Shown: positions 50,208-60,788 of the stretch, in pieces
Position numbering within the stretch: the stretch's first letter is position 1
Layout: every line of letters begins with the position of its first letter
Source: an uncultured Terriglobus sp.
Lineage (GTDB): Bacteria; Acidobacteriota; Terriglobia; Terriglobales; Acidobacteriaceae
Reading direction: 5' to 3'
DNA: 64,000 bases
Assembly: GCA_964242065.1 (NCBI GenBank)
Contig: CAXTBQ010000002.1
Span: 22,697 to 86,696, forward strand
Notes under the pieces: generated by a model
Databases searched by the model: none
What the model saw: only the letters and a program-made list of their open reading frames with translations
Told to the model about the DNA's origin: nothing
Program-made: the position numbers and the translations under genes

Positions 50208-51500
50208 ATGGCGTCTGCTTCGTCTGCGTGTACACCGTACGAACTCTATTCAAAAGAATCGGGCAAGAGCTACGGCAATCAGCCGCTGTCCATCTGCGAT
50301 GAGTCGTTTACGCCACTTGAGGTGCGTTACGACCTGGAGGCGGCGCGAAGCATCTTCACGCGCAAGCTGATTGAAGCAGGCCCGGACAACATGTGGCGGT
50401 ACCGTTCGCTGCTGCCCATCCCGGAAGGCTTCGAGCCGGATTTGCCAGTTGGTTTTACCCCGCTCATCCGCGCAAAGAACCTGGGCAAGCGGCTCGGCTC
50501 CACGAACCTCTACGTCAAGAATGATGCGGTCTGCTTTCCGACGCTGTCGTTCAAGGACCGTGTCGTCGCGGTCGCGCTGGCGAACGCGCGCGCCTTTGGC
50601 TTCGATGTGGTGGGCTGCTCCTCCACTGGTAATCTGGCGAACTCTGTAGCGGCGCAATCCGCTAGGCTCGGGCTGAAGGCGTGCATCCTCGTGCCAGCTG
50701 ACCTGGAACCCGCCAAGATCCTGAATACGCTCATCTATGGTGCGAGGCTCGTACGCATCGACGGCAACTACGATCATGTGAACCGCTTGTGCTCGTTGAT
50801 TGCAGACCAGTACAACTGGGGTTTCGTGAATGTGAACCTCCGGCCCTACTACGCGGAAGGCTCCAAATCGGTGGGCTATGAGATCGCCGAACAACTTGGA
50901 TGGCGCTTGCCTGACAACGTCGTTGTCCCGATGGCGGGGGGATCACTGATCCGCAAGATCAAGAAGGCTTTTGATGAGTTGATCTACCTGGGTCTGGTTG
51001 AGAACAAGCATGTCCGCTTCTTCGGAGCGCAGGCTACCGGCTGCTCACCCATTGTGCAGGCCGTGAAGAACAACACCGAAACAATCACACCGCAGCGTCC
51101 CAACACAATTGCCCGATCGCTCGCCATCGGCAACCCTGCCGACGGCCCGTTTGCGTCTCGCATGATCCGGGAGACCGGCGGCTGGGCGGAAGACGTGTCC
51201 GATGTCGAGGTCGTCTCTGGTATCCAGGAGCTTGCCGAAACCGAAGGCGTCTTCACAGAGACTGCTGGCGGCGTCACGACTGCGGTGGCTGCCCGCCTGA
51301 TTGCTCAGGGTCGCATCGCTGCGGACGAGACGACTGTCCTCTGCGTTACCGGGAACGGCCTGAAAACGACGGACTGCATCAGCGACCGCTTTGCCCTGGG
51401 CCGCGCCGTGCGTCCACGCTTAGCAGATTTCGAAGAATACATCAACGAGCTGGACGGCATTGCTGCAGAGCCCGAGCTAGCCCTTGCTGAAGGAGACTGA
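50208..51500 (+). CDS. Threonine synthase-like fold-II PLP enzyme (possibly O-phosphohomoserine sulfhydrylase)
   Basis: PTLSFKDR (PLP Lys), SSTGN, YAEGSKS, PMAGGSL, TGNGLKT. Confidence 0.88.
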   Translation: MASASSACTPYELYSKESGKSYGNQPLSICDESFTPLEVRYDLEAARSIFTRKLIEAGPDNMWRYRSLLPIPEGFEPDLPVGFTPLIRAKNLGKRLGSTNLYVKNDAVCFPTLSFKDRVVAVALANARAFGFDVVGCSSTGNLANSVAAQSARLGLKACILVPADLEPAKILNTLIYGARLVRIDGNYDHVNRLCSLIADQYNWGFVNVNLRPYYAEGSKSVGYEIAEQLGWRLPDNVVVPMAGGSLIRKIKKAFDELIYLGLVENKHVRFFGAQATGCSPIVQAVKNNTETITPQRPNTIARSLAIGNPADGPFASRMIRETGGWAEDVSDVEVVSGIQELAETEGVFTETAGGVTTAVAARLIAQGRIAADETTVLCVTGNGLKTTDCISDRFALGRAVRPRLADFEEYINELDGIAAEPELALAEGD

Positions 51501-51501
51501 T

Positions 51502-51783
51502 TTGTCCATCCGAGTTATGTTGCCTGCCGCGTTCGCGCGGCACACCGCCGGTACCAAGCAGGTGCAGTCCGAAGCCAACGACCTGCCGTCGCTGGTTGAC
51601 GACCTTGGTGTGAAGTTCCCGGAACTCGGCTCGCACATCCGGGATACCGACGGTACCCTGCGGAAATTCATCAACGTTTACGTCAACGACGAAGACATTC
51701 GCTTCTTAGGCGGGGATACCTATCGATTTCAGGACCGTGACGAGGTGATGTTCATTCCGTCGATCGCAGGCGGAACGCAGTAG
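51502..51783 (+). CDS. MoaD/ThiS/CysO-family ubiquitin-like sulfur carrier
   Basis: LRKFINVYVNDEDIRFL...IPSIAGG-TQ; TTG start after AGGAG, 1 nt past the upstream stop. Confidence 0.9.
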   Translation: MSIRVMLPAAFARHTAGTKQVQSEANDLPSLVDDLGVKFPELGSHIRDTDGTLRKFINVYVNDEDIRFLGGDTYRFQDRDEVMFIPSIAGGTQ

Positions 51784-51896
51784 TTCCGCTGAGATGCTTG
51801 AGGACAGATTTACAGAGCACTCCGGACAACTTGGGTGTCTGCCGCTCCCCTCTATGTTCACGTGCCAGCGTAAGCAGGCACCATAGAGGAGATCTC

Positions 51897-52043
51897 ATGT
51901 TTCTTGCAATCGCCGGTGTTCTGTTCCTGCTTTGGCTCGTGGGTGAAATCTTTACCCATGGAGCGAGCTTGGCTATTCACATTCTCGCCATCGTTTGGGT
52001 TATCTCACTCATCGGCCACTTTATTGGCGGGAGAAAATCGTAG
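51897..52043 (+). CDS. Small 2-TM protein, lmo0937/DUF5670-like
   Basis: MFLAIAGVLFLLWLVG...AIHILAIVWVISLIGHFIGGRKS; GAGGAG RBS. Confidence 0.7.
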   Translation: MFLAIAGVLFLLWLVGEIFTHGASLAIHILAIVWVISLIGHFIGGRKS

Positions 52044-52049
52044 AAGCAA

Positions 52050-52080
52050 GGGGCCGGGCCATCACCGGCCCTCTTTCCTG
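52050..52080. terminator. Hairpin between the convergent small gene and lon
   Basis: gggccgg-gccatca-ccggccc-tctttc. Confidence 0.55.
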
Positions 52081-52083
52081 CTC

Positions 52084-54513
52084 CTACTGCCTTGCTTCTG
52101 TGCCTGGCACTCGAATCGCATGCGGTGGCGGCATGATCTTAGCCAACACCTCCGGCGTTTCCTCCTCGAGGCGCGGCAGTGCGCCCTCCAGTGCAATCTT
52201 CAACACTTCATCCATCTCTGCTACAAAGTGCAGCCTCATCTCGTCCTTGATGAGTTGCGGCAGCTCAGCAAAGTCACGCTCGTTTTCCTTCGGCATGACG
52301 GCCTCGCGGATGCCAGCACGATGAGCAGCCAACAGCTTTTCCTTGAGCCCGCCGATCGGTAGTACCTTGCCACGCAGTGTCACTTCGCCCGTCATCGCGA
52401 TGTCTCGACGAACTGGAATCTGTGTAAGCGCACTGGTCAGCGCGGTTGCCAGGGTAATGCCGGCAGAAGGGCCGTCCTTGGGGATCGCACCTTCAGGAAC
52501 GTGCACGTGGATGTCGATGTTGCGATAGAAATCCTTTGGCAATCCGAGGTGATGCGAACGCGAGCGCACATAGCTTAGGGCTGCCTGGGCGGACTCCGTC
52601 ATCACATCGCCGAGCTGGCCTGTGGTCGTCAGCTTGCCTTTTCCATCCAGCACTTGAACCTCGGTTTGCAGGATGCTGCCGCCCACCTCGGTCCACGCCA
52701 GGCCTGTGACAAGGCCGACTTCTGACTTCTCCTGAACGACAGAGTCACGAAACTTCTGCGCTCCCAGGAAGTCGGGTAGGTTTGTGCTGTTGACTACTTC
52801 CTTTTGATGTTTGGTGCCGAGCTTGACGACGCGGCGAGCTATCTTGCGACAGACGTTCCCGATCTCCCGCTCAAGGTTGCGCACGCCGGCTTCGCGTGTG
52901 TAGGCGCGAATAAGCTCTTTCAAGCCGTCATCTGTCAGCTCGAAGTTCTCCTCGGTGAGACCGGTTCCTTCACGTTGCTTTTTCACGAGGTACTGCTTTG
53001 CGATCTCCAGCTTTTCGACCTCGGTATAGCCGTGGAGCCGCAGGATTTCCATTCGGTCCTGAAGCGGACCGGGAATGGTGTGAAGCACGTTGGCGGTGGC
53101 GATGAAGAGCACCTGCGAGAGGTCATAGTCCACGTCGAGATAGTGATCCTGAAACGTTGAGTTCTGTTCGGGATCAAGCACCTCCAGCAGCGCCGAAGCA
53201 GGATCGCCACGGAAGTCTGAAGCCATCTTGTCGATCTCGTCCAGCATGATGACCGGATTTTTTGTACCGGCCTTCTTCATGCTCTGAATGATCTGACCGG
53301 GCAGGGAACCGATGTAAGTCCTGCGATGTCCGCGGATCTCCGCCTCGTCACGCACACCCCCTAGCGAGAGCCGCACAAACTTGCGGCCTGTCGCTTTCGC
53401 GATCGACATACCAAGGGAGGTCTTGCCGACTCCCGGAGGTCCGACGAAACAAATGATGGAACCCTTGGGATTCTTGACAAGCTGGCGGACCGCAAGGAAT
53501 TCCAGTATGCGGTCTTTGATCTTTGGCAAACCGTAATGATCTTCGTTCAGGGTCTTTTCAGCATGCTCAATGCTGCGAATGTCCTTTGACCTTTTCTTCC
53601 ATGGCACCGCGAGAAGCCAATCGAGGTAATTTCTCGAAACAGTCGCCTCTGCAGACATGGGTGGCATGGCTTCCAGCTTCTTGAGCTCCTGGATGGCCTT
53701 GTCGAAGACTTCCTTGGGCATGCCTGCCGCTTCGATCTTCTTCTTGAGGTCGTCCCACTCGCTTTTTTCGCCGCGGCCAAGCTCTTTCTGTATCGCCTTG
53801 ATCTTTTCGTTCAGGTAATACTCTTTTTGCGCGCGTTCCATCTGCCGCTTCACGCGCGACTGCACGGTACGGTCCACATTCAGCTTCTCAATCGCGATGT
53901 CGAGCACGTCCGCGATACGAGTCAGGCGTTCGCCCGGATCGAAGATGTCAAGAAGCTCCTGCTTTTCTTCAATGGAAAGCTGAAGGTTCGCTGCGATCAC
54001 ATCCGCAAGCTTTGTAGGTTCGTCTGTGCGGACGCTTGCTGCCACCGTTTCGTAATTGAGCGACTGCTGAAGCTTCAGGTGCTGTTCAAACCGGCTCTGA
54101 ACAAGCTGCATCAACTGTTCGATATGCGGCGTGACGACCAGTTCGGTCTTACCGGTGCGCACGGTGGCAACAAAGAAGCCGTCATCGTCGTTCAACTCCA
54201 GGGTGCGCGCCCGCTCCACCCCTTCCACAAGAACCTTGATGTTGCCGTCAGGCATCTTGACGCTTTGAACGATGTTTCCAATCGTGCCTGTCTCGAAGAT
54301 ATCGTCGCCGTTTGGTTCGTCAACACTAGCATCGTGCTGAGTGGCGAGAAAAATCTTACGGTCGCCCGTCAAAGCTTCTTCCAGCGCGCGCACGCTGGAC
54401 TCTCGTCCAACAACAAACGGAGTCATCATGTGCGGGAAGATGACCATGTCTCGGATGGGCATCATGGGGAGTTTACGGACTTCGCCGGTTGCGGTAGCTG
54501 TGGACCTAGCCAT
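52084..54513 (-). CDS. lon: ATP-dependent protease La
   Basis: [25 protein letters not shown] catalytic Ser, IGGLKEK. Confidence 0.97.
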   Translation of the reverse strand: MARSTATATGEVRKLPMMPIRDMVIFPHMMTPFVVGRESSVRALEEALTGDRKIFLATQHDASVDEPNGDDIFETGTIGNIVQSVKMPDGNIKVLVEGVERARTLELNDDDGFFVATVRTGKTELVVTPHIEQLMQLVQSRFEQHLKLQQSLNYETVAASVRTDEPTKLADVIAANLQLSIEEKQELLDIFDPGERLTRIADVLDIAIEKLNVDRTVQSRVKRQMERAQKEYYLNEKIKAIQKELGRGEKSEWDDLKKKIEAAGMPKEVFDKAIQELKKLEAMPPMSAEATVSRNYLDWLLAVPWKKRSKDIRSIEHAEKTLNEDHYGLPKIKDRILEFLAVRQLVKNPKGSIICFVGPPGVGKTSLGMSIAKATGRKFVRLSLGGVRDEAEIRGHRRTYIGSLPGQIIQSMKKAGTKNPVIMLDEIDKMASDFRGDPASALLEVLDPEQNSTFQDHYLDVDYDLSQVLFIATANVLHTIPGPLQDRMEILRLHGYTEVEKLEIAKQYLVKKQREGTGLTEENFELTDDGLKELIRAYTREAGVRNLEREIGNVCRKIARRVVKLGTKHQKEVVNSTNLPDFLGAQKFRDSVVQEKSEVGLVTGLAWTEVGGSILQTEVQVLDGKGKLTTTGQLGDVMTESAQAALSYVRSRSHHLGLPKDFYRNIDIHVHVPEGAIPKDGPSAGITLATALTSALTQIPVRRDIAMTGEVTLRGKVLPIGGLKEKLLAAHRAGIREAVMPKENERDFAELPQLIKDEMRLHFVAEMDEVLKIALEGALPRLEEETPEVLAKIMPPPHAIRVPGTEARQ

Positions 54514-54669
54514 ATCTACTCCATTAGACTCCGGCAGCAGCGATCCCGATGCGGGTGCGGCGCAGGTGCTTCACGCGATTGTAAATCGCCACAGTGGCTT
54601 TCTCCCGTGCGGCGGATCACCTTTACCCAGCTACAGGCATTTCCAATTACCAGGGTCGTCCGCCAAGCG

Positions 54670-54700
54670 AAAAAGGGCGAGAAGCCGTCGCTTCCCGCCC
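54670..54700 (-). terminator. Intrinsic terminator after clpX
   Basis: Minus strand gggcgggaagc-gacg-gcttctcgccc-ttttt. Confidence 0.75.
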
Positions 54701-54720
54701 TGTGATATCACGACCCCGAC

Positions 54721-56004
54721 TCATCCGGCTTTCTCAAGCTGCACGGGCAACGTCACATTGCGCCTCTTCACCATGTCCGCTGTGATCTCAAGTTCTTTGA
54801 TCTTCTTATTGGTCGGCACCGTATACATCAGGTCCAGCATCAGTTCTTCCAGAATCATGCGCAGACCGCGAGCGCCTACCTTGCGTTGCAGCGCCTCGTG
54901 CGCAACCGCCTGGGCAGCCTCGGAGGTGAAGGTGACTTTTACGCCTTCGTACTCGAACAGCTTGGCGTATTGCTTCAGGATGGCGTTGCGAGGACGGGTC
55001 AGAATATCCACCAGGGCTGCCTCATCCAACTCGTCTAAAATTCCAAGCACCGGCAAACGGCCAACGAATTCTGGAATCAGGCCGTATTTGAGCAGGTCCT
55101 GCGGTTCCGCCTGGCGTAACAACTCCGTATCCCGCTGGGCACGAATGGGCGTAACATCTGCCTCTTTACTGTCAAGACCCGCGGTCTTGAAGCCGAGCGC
55201 CTTCTTTCCTACGCGTCGGCCGATCACTTTTTCCAACCCGACGAAAGCTCCTCCGCATATGAACAGAATGTTCGTCGTATCCACGATGGTGAATTCCTGG
55301 TGCGGATGTTTGCGACCGCCTTGCGGCGGAACGCTTGCGACGGTGCCTTCCAGCAGCTTGAGCAAAGCCTGCTGCACACCCTCACCACTTACATCGCGAG
55401 TGATCGACGGGTTTTCATCTTTCCGGCCGATCTTGTCGATCTCGTCGATGTAAATAATGCCACTCTGCGTCTTTTGAACGTCACCATCGGCGGCCTGCAG
55501 CAATTTCAGGATGATGTTCTCCACATCCTCGCCCACATAGCCGGCTTCTGTCAGCGTGGTAGCGTCCACAATTGCGAAGGGCACGTCAAGCATCTTTGCC
55601 AAGGTTTGCGCGAGCAGGGTTTTACCGCTGCCCGTGGGGCCCACCAGTAAGATGTTGGACTTCGCAAGCTCCACGTCGTTGCCGCGCGTGCGGTTCATCT
55701 GGATGCGCTTGTAGTGGTTGTAGACCGCGACCGCAAGTTTCTTCTTGGTGATGTCCTGGCCGATTACGTACTCATCCAGAAATGCCTTCACTTCATGAGG
55801 CTTTGGAAGATGCGTAGGTGCTTGGCTGGACTGAACCTCTGTCCGATCATCGTCAAGAATGGAATTGCAAACGGCCACGCATTCGTCGCAAATGTAAGCC
55901 CGCGGGTAATCAGAAGGAGACGAAATGAGCTTGGCTACGGTGTCCTGCGATTTGTGGCAGAAGGAGCAACGGAGAGAGTCGTCAGAGCCCTTCGAGGTCT
56001 TCAT
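54721..56004 (-). CDS. clpX: ATP-dependent Clp protease ATP-binding subunit ClpX
   Basis: CSFC...CDEC zinc finger, [22 protein letters not shown] loop, GARGLR. Confidence 0.97.
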   Translation of the reverse strand: MKTSKGSDDSLRCSFCHKSQDTVAKLISSPSDYPRAYICDECVAVCNSILDDDRTEVQSSQAPTHLPKPHEVKAFLDEYVIGQDITKKKLAVAVYNHYKRIQMNRTRGNDVELAKSNILLVGPTGSGKTLLAQTLAKMLDVPFAIVDATTLTEAGYVGEDVENIILKLLQAADGDVQKTQSGIIYIDEIDKIGRKDENPSITRDVSGEGVQQALLKLLEGTVASVPPQGGRKHPHQEFTIVDTTNILFICGGAFVGLEKVIGRRVGKKALGFKTAGLDSKEADVTPIRAQRDTELLRQAEPQDLLKYGLIPEFVGRLPVLGILDELDEAALVDILTRPRNAILKQYAKLFEYEGVKVTFTSEAAQAVAHEALQRKVGARGLRMILEELMLDLMYTVPTNKKIKELEITADMVKRRNVTLPVQLEKAG

Positions 56005-56173
56005 TGAATCAACAACTCCTTGCATGGCGCTATCGCCCGGCTAGTCAAGTTTACACGGCTGATACTGCAAATCGAAGGTGTAGAACGCGTTACCCACCCT
56101 TGCCGCACTGCTTCAGCGCAAGGCAGACTTTGCGATAGAGGGCCGGGTGCAGCGACCCTATAGCGCTGATGTT

Positions 56174-56770
56174 CTACGCCCTGGGACGGGTGATAATGTC
56201 ATCGATCAGACCGTACTCCTTGGCCTGTTGCGCGCTCATCGTGAAATCACGATCGGTGTCGCGCTCAATCTGCTCGAAAGTCTGTCCGCTGTGATCAGCC
56301 ATGATCTTGTTCATGCGTTCGCGCAGGCGCAGGATTTCACGTGCATGAATGTCGATTTCCGTCGCCTGCCCCTGGATGCCGCCGCCCATAATCAGTGGCT
56401 GGTGAATGAGAATGCGCGAGTTCGGCAGGGAGAAGCGCTTTCCTTTCTTTCCCGCCATGAGCAGGAAGGCGCCCATGCTGGCTGCCTGGCCGATGCACAG
56501 GGTCGACACGTCGTTCTTGATGTACTGCATGGTGTCATAGATTGCCATGCCCGCACTGACCGAACCGCCCGGCGAGTTGATGTAGAGCTGGATATCTTTA
56601 TCCGGGTCTTCGCCAGACAGGAACAGCAGTTGCGCGATGATCAGGTTGCCGACGTTGTCGTCGATCGGTGTGCCCAGAAAGATGATGTTGTCACGCAAGA
56701 GACGACTGTAGATGTCGTAGGAGCGTTCGCCCCGGCTCGTCTGCTCGAGCACCATTGGAATTAGACCCAT
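56174..56770 (-). CDS. clpP: ATP-dependent Clp protease proteolytic subunit
   Basis: [27 protein letters not shown]. Confidence 0.97.
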   Translation of the reverse strand: MGLIPMVLEQTSRGERSYDIYSRLLRDNIIFLGTPIDDNVGNLIIAQLLFLSGEDPDKDIQLYINSPGGSVSAGMAIYDTMQYIKNDVSTLCIGQAASMGAFLLMAGKKGKRFSLPNSRILIHQPLIMGGGIQGQATEIDIHAREILRLRERMNKIMADHSGQTFEQIERDTDRDFTMSAQQAKEYGLIDDIITRPRA

Positions 56771-56858
56771 GTTCTCCCTCGTTTCCCGTTGAGCTCTGCG
56801 CGTTGAAGTGAGAGGCGGAAGAACTCAGCTAGAGCTCTCCGCCGCGATGGTAATCCGA

Positions 56859-58265
56859 TCAGGCCATCTTCTCGTACAAAGCGGTTGCGGTTGCTTCGCG
56901 TCGCATCTGTTCCCGGATGCGATTGATGCTGCCGTCTGCATTCAGCCGCTCACGCAGTTGCTCCAGGGGTTCGCGCGACTGCAAAGACAGGATCATCAGT
57001 TCGCGCTCCACATCTTCGCCAGGCACCTCGATGTTCAGCGATTCCGCAACCTTGTCCAGGATGAGAGATGCTTTCACTTCCTTCACCGCTTCATCGCGTT
57101 GTGCGTCGCGAAGCCGAGCAAAGTCAAGCTGCTGCATCTGCTCGCGCGTCATGCCCTGCTGGGCCAAAGCGCGCAGGCCGCGATCAAGCCGCACGTCGAT
57201 CTGCTGTTGGACAAAGCTCTCGGGAACGGGGAAGTGGAACCGCTCCACAAGGGCATCCACCAGCTTGCCTTTAACCTCGCTTTCAGCAGCCTGCTTCTTG
57301 CCGTTCGTAGCGTTCTCACGCAGGTTGGTTTCGAATGCGCCCCAGCTTTCGTAATCACCAAGTTGCTTGGCGAACTCGTCGTCACGCTCTGGATAACTCT
57401 TCTTCTTGATAGCGTTGACCTTGACGTTGTAGCCGATGGTGAGACCAGCCAGGCGGACATCGCCGAAATTCGAGGGGTACGCGACTTCAAGCTCGAACTC
57501 CGCCCCCTTCGCCTGGCCGCGCAGAGCGTCCGTGAACGCCGGCAGCGTGTTCTTGCCGCCAATCTCGACCATCACGTCTTCACCGTCGATCTCGTCAGTT
57601 TCTTCCGCTTCCGGTGAGGTGGTCTCGCCTTCCACCTTGCGGCGTATGCCCTTGAAGCTGATTTCCGCCCAGTCGCCGTCGGCCAGTCGACGTTCTTCCT
57701 CAACGGTTTCCACGGTGCCGTGCGGTTCCAGAACGCGGTGCAGTTCCGCCTCGTACTCGGCGTCTTCCAGTTGGACGGAGGGCCGCTCAACGCTCACCGT
57801 CTCGTAGCCACTGATATCGATCAGCGGCGCGACTTCGAACTGTGCACGGAAGCGTAGAGGCTGCTCATCCTGCAGGTTCAGCTCGAGGATCTGGGGCTGG
57901 GAGATGGGCTGCAGCGAGGAGGACTCCATCTCAGAGCGGAATCGGTCCTGCACCAGGGTCTCCATGACCTCTTGCCGCACTTCCTTCGCGAAGCGGTTCC
58001 GGATCAGCGTCTCCGGCACCTTTCCGGCGCGAAAGCCGGGGATGCGCGCCAGCTTCTGATAGCGGCGAACCACCTTTGAGAACGCCTTGCTTACCTCGTT
58101 CGCAGGCACTTCGACCGAGACCTCACGCACCAGCTCCGGGTTCAGGGCTGGTGTGTTGGGGCGGATCAGGCCGTTGGGCTCGCCCGCGTCGTGCACATGA
58201 ACTGCGTGCTGTACTTCTTCCACCGAGTTCACCTCGGCAACGTCTGCTGTTTCGTTCGGAGTCAA
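56859..58265 (-). CDS. tig: Trigger factor
   Basis: IPGFRAGKVP ribosome-binding motif, FKBP-like middle domain, tig-clpP-clpX-lon order. Confidence 0.94.
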   Translation of the reverse strand: MTPNETADVAEVNSVEEVQHAVHVHDAGEPNGLIRPNTPALNPELVREVSVEVPANEVSKAFSKVVRRYQKLARIPGFRAGKVPETLIRNRFAKEVRQEVMETLVQDRFRSEMESSSLQPISQPQILELNLQDEQPLRFRAQFEVAPLIDISGYETVSVERPSVQLEDAEYEAELHRVLEPHGTVETVEEERRLADGDWAEISFKGIRRKVEGETTSPEAEETDEIDGEDVMVEIGGKNTLPAFTDALRGQAKGAEFELEVAYPSNFGDVRLAGLTIGYNVKVNAIKKKSYPERDDEFAKQLGDYESWGAFETNLRENATNGKKQAAESEVKGKLVDALVERFHFPVPESFVQQQIDVRLDRGLRALAQQGMTREQMQQLDFARLRDAQRDEAVKEVKASLILDKVAESLNIEVPGEDVERELMILSLQSREPLEQLRERLNADGSINRIREQMRREATATALYEKMA

Positions 58266-58393
58266 AATGAGTTGCCTTCTAAAGATAGGTCTTGCGGCGG
58301 GCTGCAGCGCGCTCGCTATGAGCGTCTCAGCCGTCTGTTCTCATGGTACGGACACGTGCCCGGGGGGTCAAACCAGCACTACAGTTCATGCCT

Positions 58394-59617
58394 TTACGGA
58401 GCCTGAGGGGAGTCTGTGTTCGGCACAGCCTCAATGCGGAGACGCCATTGCATGCTTTCGCCTGGGGCAAGTACCGATCCCTCAGCAGGGTTGATGGCCG
58501 CTGCAGTGCTGAAGCCGAGAAGAACAGAATTGTCGTGTCGGGAGGCCTGCACATGCAAACTCCGGATGGTGGGCGTCAGCGCACGAAACCGCAGAGTATA
58601 GCCATCCGCGCGATTCCGCAGCAGCACCTCAGGACCGTTGCTCAGATAGCCGTGACTCAGATCTGAATAGGTCTCGTTAAGGTCACGCGCGCCCAACTGC
58701 AAATCAGTGTGACTGGTGGCTCGAGAAGCTGGCGAGAGAATCGGCTGCACTGATAAGCCCTGGAGGCCAGCCTGAGGAGCGAGGAAGCGTGATTGCCACC
58801 CCATGACCAAATGCCGTGGCACTGTGTTGTTGTTCTTCGCGGAAATACTCAGCTCCAAACCCCGGGTTGAGATTGATGCGGCCGTAGTGGTCTCGATTCC
58901 TGTGTGCAGGACTCCGCCTGTCGGTCTGCTGATGTCAGGCGAGAAGTGAGCCTCCAACCGACTGCCGCCAGGCATTGCGATCGAATCCTGCTGGCTGGCA
59001 GGTCTGGCGGCAACCAGTTCGAGCGGCCCCGTTCCGCGTCCATACTCCAGACCCTCCGCCCGCACCGAGAATTCACCTCCAACCACTTGCTGTCCGTCAT
59101 TGTTCAAGTCTGCCGCCGCCGTTCCAAGCACGATCGGGATTTCACCGCGACCGGGAAGGCTCAAGGTAGCTTGCAGCAGCAGCATGCCGTACCCAGGTGC
59201 CAGGGTTGACCCGGTAAATTCAGGCAACAGGGAACCACCAACTTCGAAGCGGCTCAGGTGAACGAGGTCCTGCCCGCCCAGACTAGCCGCAGGTGCGGCT
59301 TGTTCGGGTATTTCCTGCGCGGTTGTCAACTTGTGGATTCGCCCTCGTACATGCGCAATCCAAAGGACGCCGCAGAGCGCTAGAGTCACGAGTAGCCCGG
59401 CCACCGTCACAAAGCCCGATCTCGTGAGTTTGTCCCAACGTGAGTGGAGCGACCGCCGCAGCGGAGACTGACCGCTCGGCCGATACTGTGAGTCACCGTG
59501 CAAGGGGAGCCTCCAGGGCTTGGTTCGATGGCTTGCCTTCACGCTACCATCTTGATAGTTGCTATGACATCGAATCGCGCCGAGTCGGCTGCAGCGGAAC
59601 TTCTTACAGTCAATCAA
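58394..59617 (-). CDS. Membrane-anchored aldose-1-epimerase-like (galactose mutarotase fold) protein; true start probably near 59500
   Basis: One N-terminal TM, PEF..TLAPGYGMLLLQ, LELSISAKN, MGW, LAPGESMQWRLRIE. Confidence 0.55.
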   Translation of the reverse strand: MIDCKKFRCSRLGAIRCHSNYQDGSVKASHRTKPWRLPLHGDSQYRPSGQSPLRRSLHSRWDKLTRSGFVTVAGLLVTLALCGVLWIAHVRGRIHKLTTAQEIPEQAAPAASLGGQDLVHLSRFEVGGSLLPEFTGSTLAPGYGMLLLQATLSLPGRGEIPIVLGTAAADLNNDGQQVVGGEFSVRAEGLEYGRGTGPLELVAARPASQQDSIAMPGGSRLEAHFSPDISRPTGGVLHTGIETTTAASISTRGLELSISAKNNNTVPRHLVMGWQSRFLAPQAGLQGLSVQPILSPASRATSHTDLQLGARDLNETYSDLSHGYLSNGPEVLLRNRADGYTLRFRALTPTIRSLHVQASRHDNSVLLGFSTAAAINPAEGSVLAPGESMQWRLRIEAVPNTDSPQAP

Positions 59618-60277
59618 GAAGTAATCGCATGTACAAGGTGCCCGCGGCTAAGGGCATACTGTACTGCGTTGGGCGAAACCAAGCGGCGCGCCTATCTCGA
59701 TTGGGATTACTGGACGCTGCCCGTCCCGGGTTTCGGCGATGCCAACGCGCGCGTCCTGATCCTGGGATTGGCACCCGGTGCCCATGGCGCGAACAGGACG
59801 GGACGGCCATTCACCGGCGATGGTGCGGGCAATTTCATGTACCCGGTGCTCTATGACACCGGCTTCGCAAGCCAGGCAGCCGCAACGTCTCGAGAGGATG
59901 GCTTGCGGCTGCGGTATTCACGCATTGCATCCATCTGCCGGTGTGCGCCGCCTGCCGACAAGCCAACGCCCGAGGAAATCCGCAATTGCTCATCTCATCT
60001 TGCCGCGGAGATTTCTGCGCTGAAGCGGCTCAGGGTTGTGGTCGCGTTGGGCCAGATCGCATTCAACGGATACCTCAACTTTCTCGTGAGCCAACAGGTG
60101 ATTACCACCAAGCACGACTACTCCTTCGCGCACGGCGCGGAATATCGCATGCCCAACGGTATGGCGCTCCTTTCGAGCTATCACCCGTCCTTGCGAAACA
60201 CGAACACGGGACGGCTGGATCGGGCCATGTTTACTCAGATCTTTGTTCGTGCGCGGGAGCTTGCCGGACTCCAGTAA
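59564..60277 (+). CDS. Uracil-DNA glycosylase, family 5 (UdgB-like, Fe-S)
   Basis: CTRCPRL, GLAPGAHGANRTGRPFTGD, RCAPPADKP, SYHPS. Confidence 0.92.
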   Translation: MTSNRAESAAAELLTVNQEVIACTRCPRLRAYCTALGETKRRAYLDWDYWTLPVPGFGDANARVLILGLAPGAHGANRTGRPFTGDGAGNFMYPVLYDTGFASQAAATSREDGLRLRYSRIASICRCAPPADKPTPEEIRNCSSHLAAEISALKRLRVVVALGQIAFNGYLNFLVSQQVITTKHDYSFAHGAEYRMPNGMALLSSYHPSLRNTNTGRLDRAMFTQIFVRARELAGLQ

Positions 60278-60361
60278 CCCTGTTTCTACTGAAAGGACAA
60301 CCTGCGGTAGATGCTGCCCATCACACGCAGCAACTGCCCTTGAACGGAAAGCGAGGACTTA

Positions 60362-60724
60362 ATGAGCAATAAGAGCTTCTGGATTGCGTTTCTCTCCGGC
60401 CTCACCGCAGGCTCAATTGTTGCGCTTCTGTACGCACCGCAATCTGGCGAAGAGACCCGCAAGAAGATCGGAAAAGCATACGACGACGCTGGCGATTACG
60501 TCGGAGAGGCGAGCGATTACGTCAAAGATCAAGCAGAGCGTTTGAGCAAGGAAGCTCAAAGCACCTACAAGAAGCGTGCCAGCCAGCTCGACGACGCGTA
60601 CGCCAAAGCTACTGACAGCCTGCAGGCTGCATATAGCGACGCCAAGGATAAGCTTGCGAGCTTGGCTGACGCTGCTTTGGATCAGGTAGACTCCGCAACC
60701 AAGAAGAGCCGGTCACTGGTCTAA
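60362..60724 (+). CDS. YtxH-domain protein
   Basis: FLSGLTAGSIVALLYAPQSGEETRKKI followed by a coiled coil. Confidence 0.88.
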   Translation: MSNKSFWIAFLSGLTAGSIVALLYAPQSGEETRKKIGKAYDDAGDYVGEASDYVKDQAERLSKEAQSTYKKRASQLDDAYAKATDSLQAAYSDAKDKLASLADAALDQVDSATKKSRSLV

Positions 60725-60737
60725 AGGCATGCTGGAG

Positions 60738-60776
60738 CAACCAGAAAGGGAGGCTTTGGGCCTCCCTTTCTGGTTG
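60738..60776. terminator. Bidirectional terminator between ytxH and clpC
   Basis: caaccagaaagggaggc-tttgg-gcctccctttctggttg, 17-bp stem. Confidence 0.85.
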
Positions 60777-60788
60777 TCTCCCTGCTAT

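Noticed and set aside
50208-51783. MoaD-like gene as molybdopterin/thiamine biosynthesis or a ubiquitin-like anti-phage system
   Set aside because: No moaE, thiG, E1 or E2 adjacent. The SAM riboswitch and PLP enzyme point to sulfur amino-acid synthesis.
58266-58393. tRNA upstream of tig, as often found
   Set aside because: No cloverleaf, TTC(G/A)A arm or CCA end detected.
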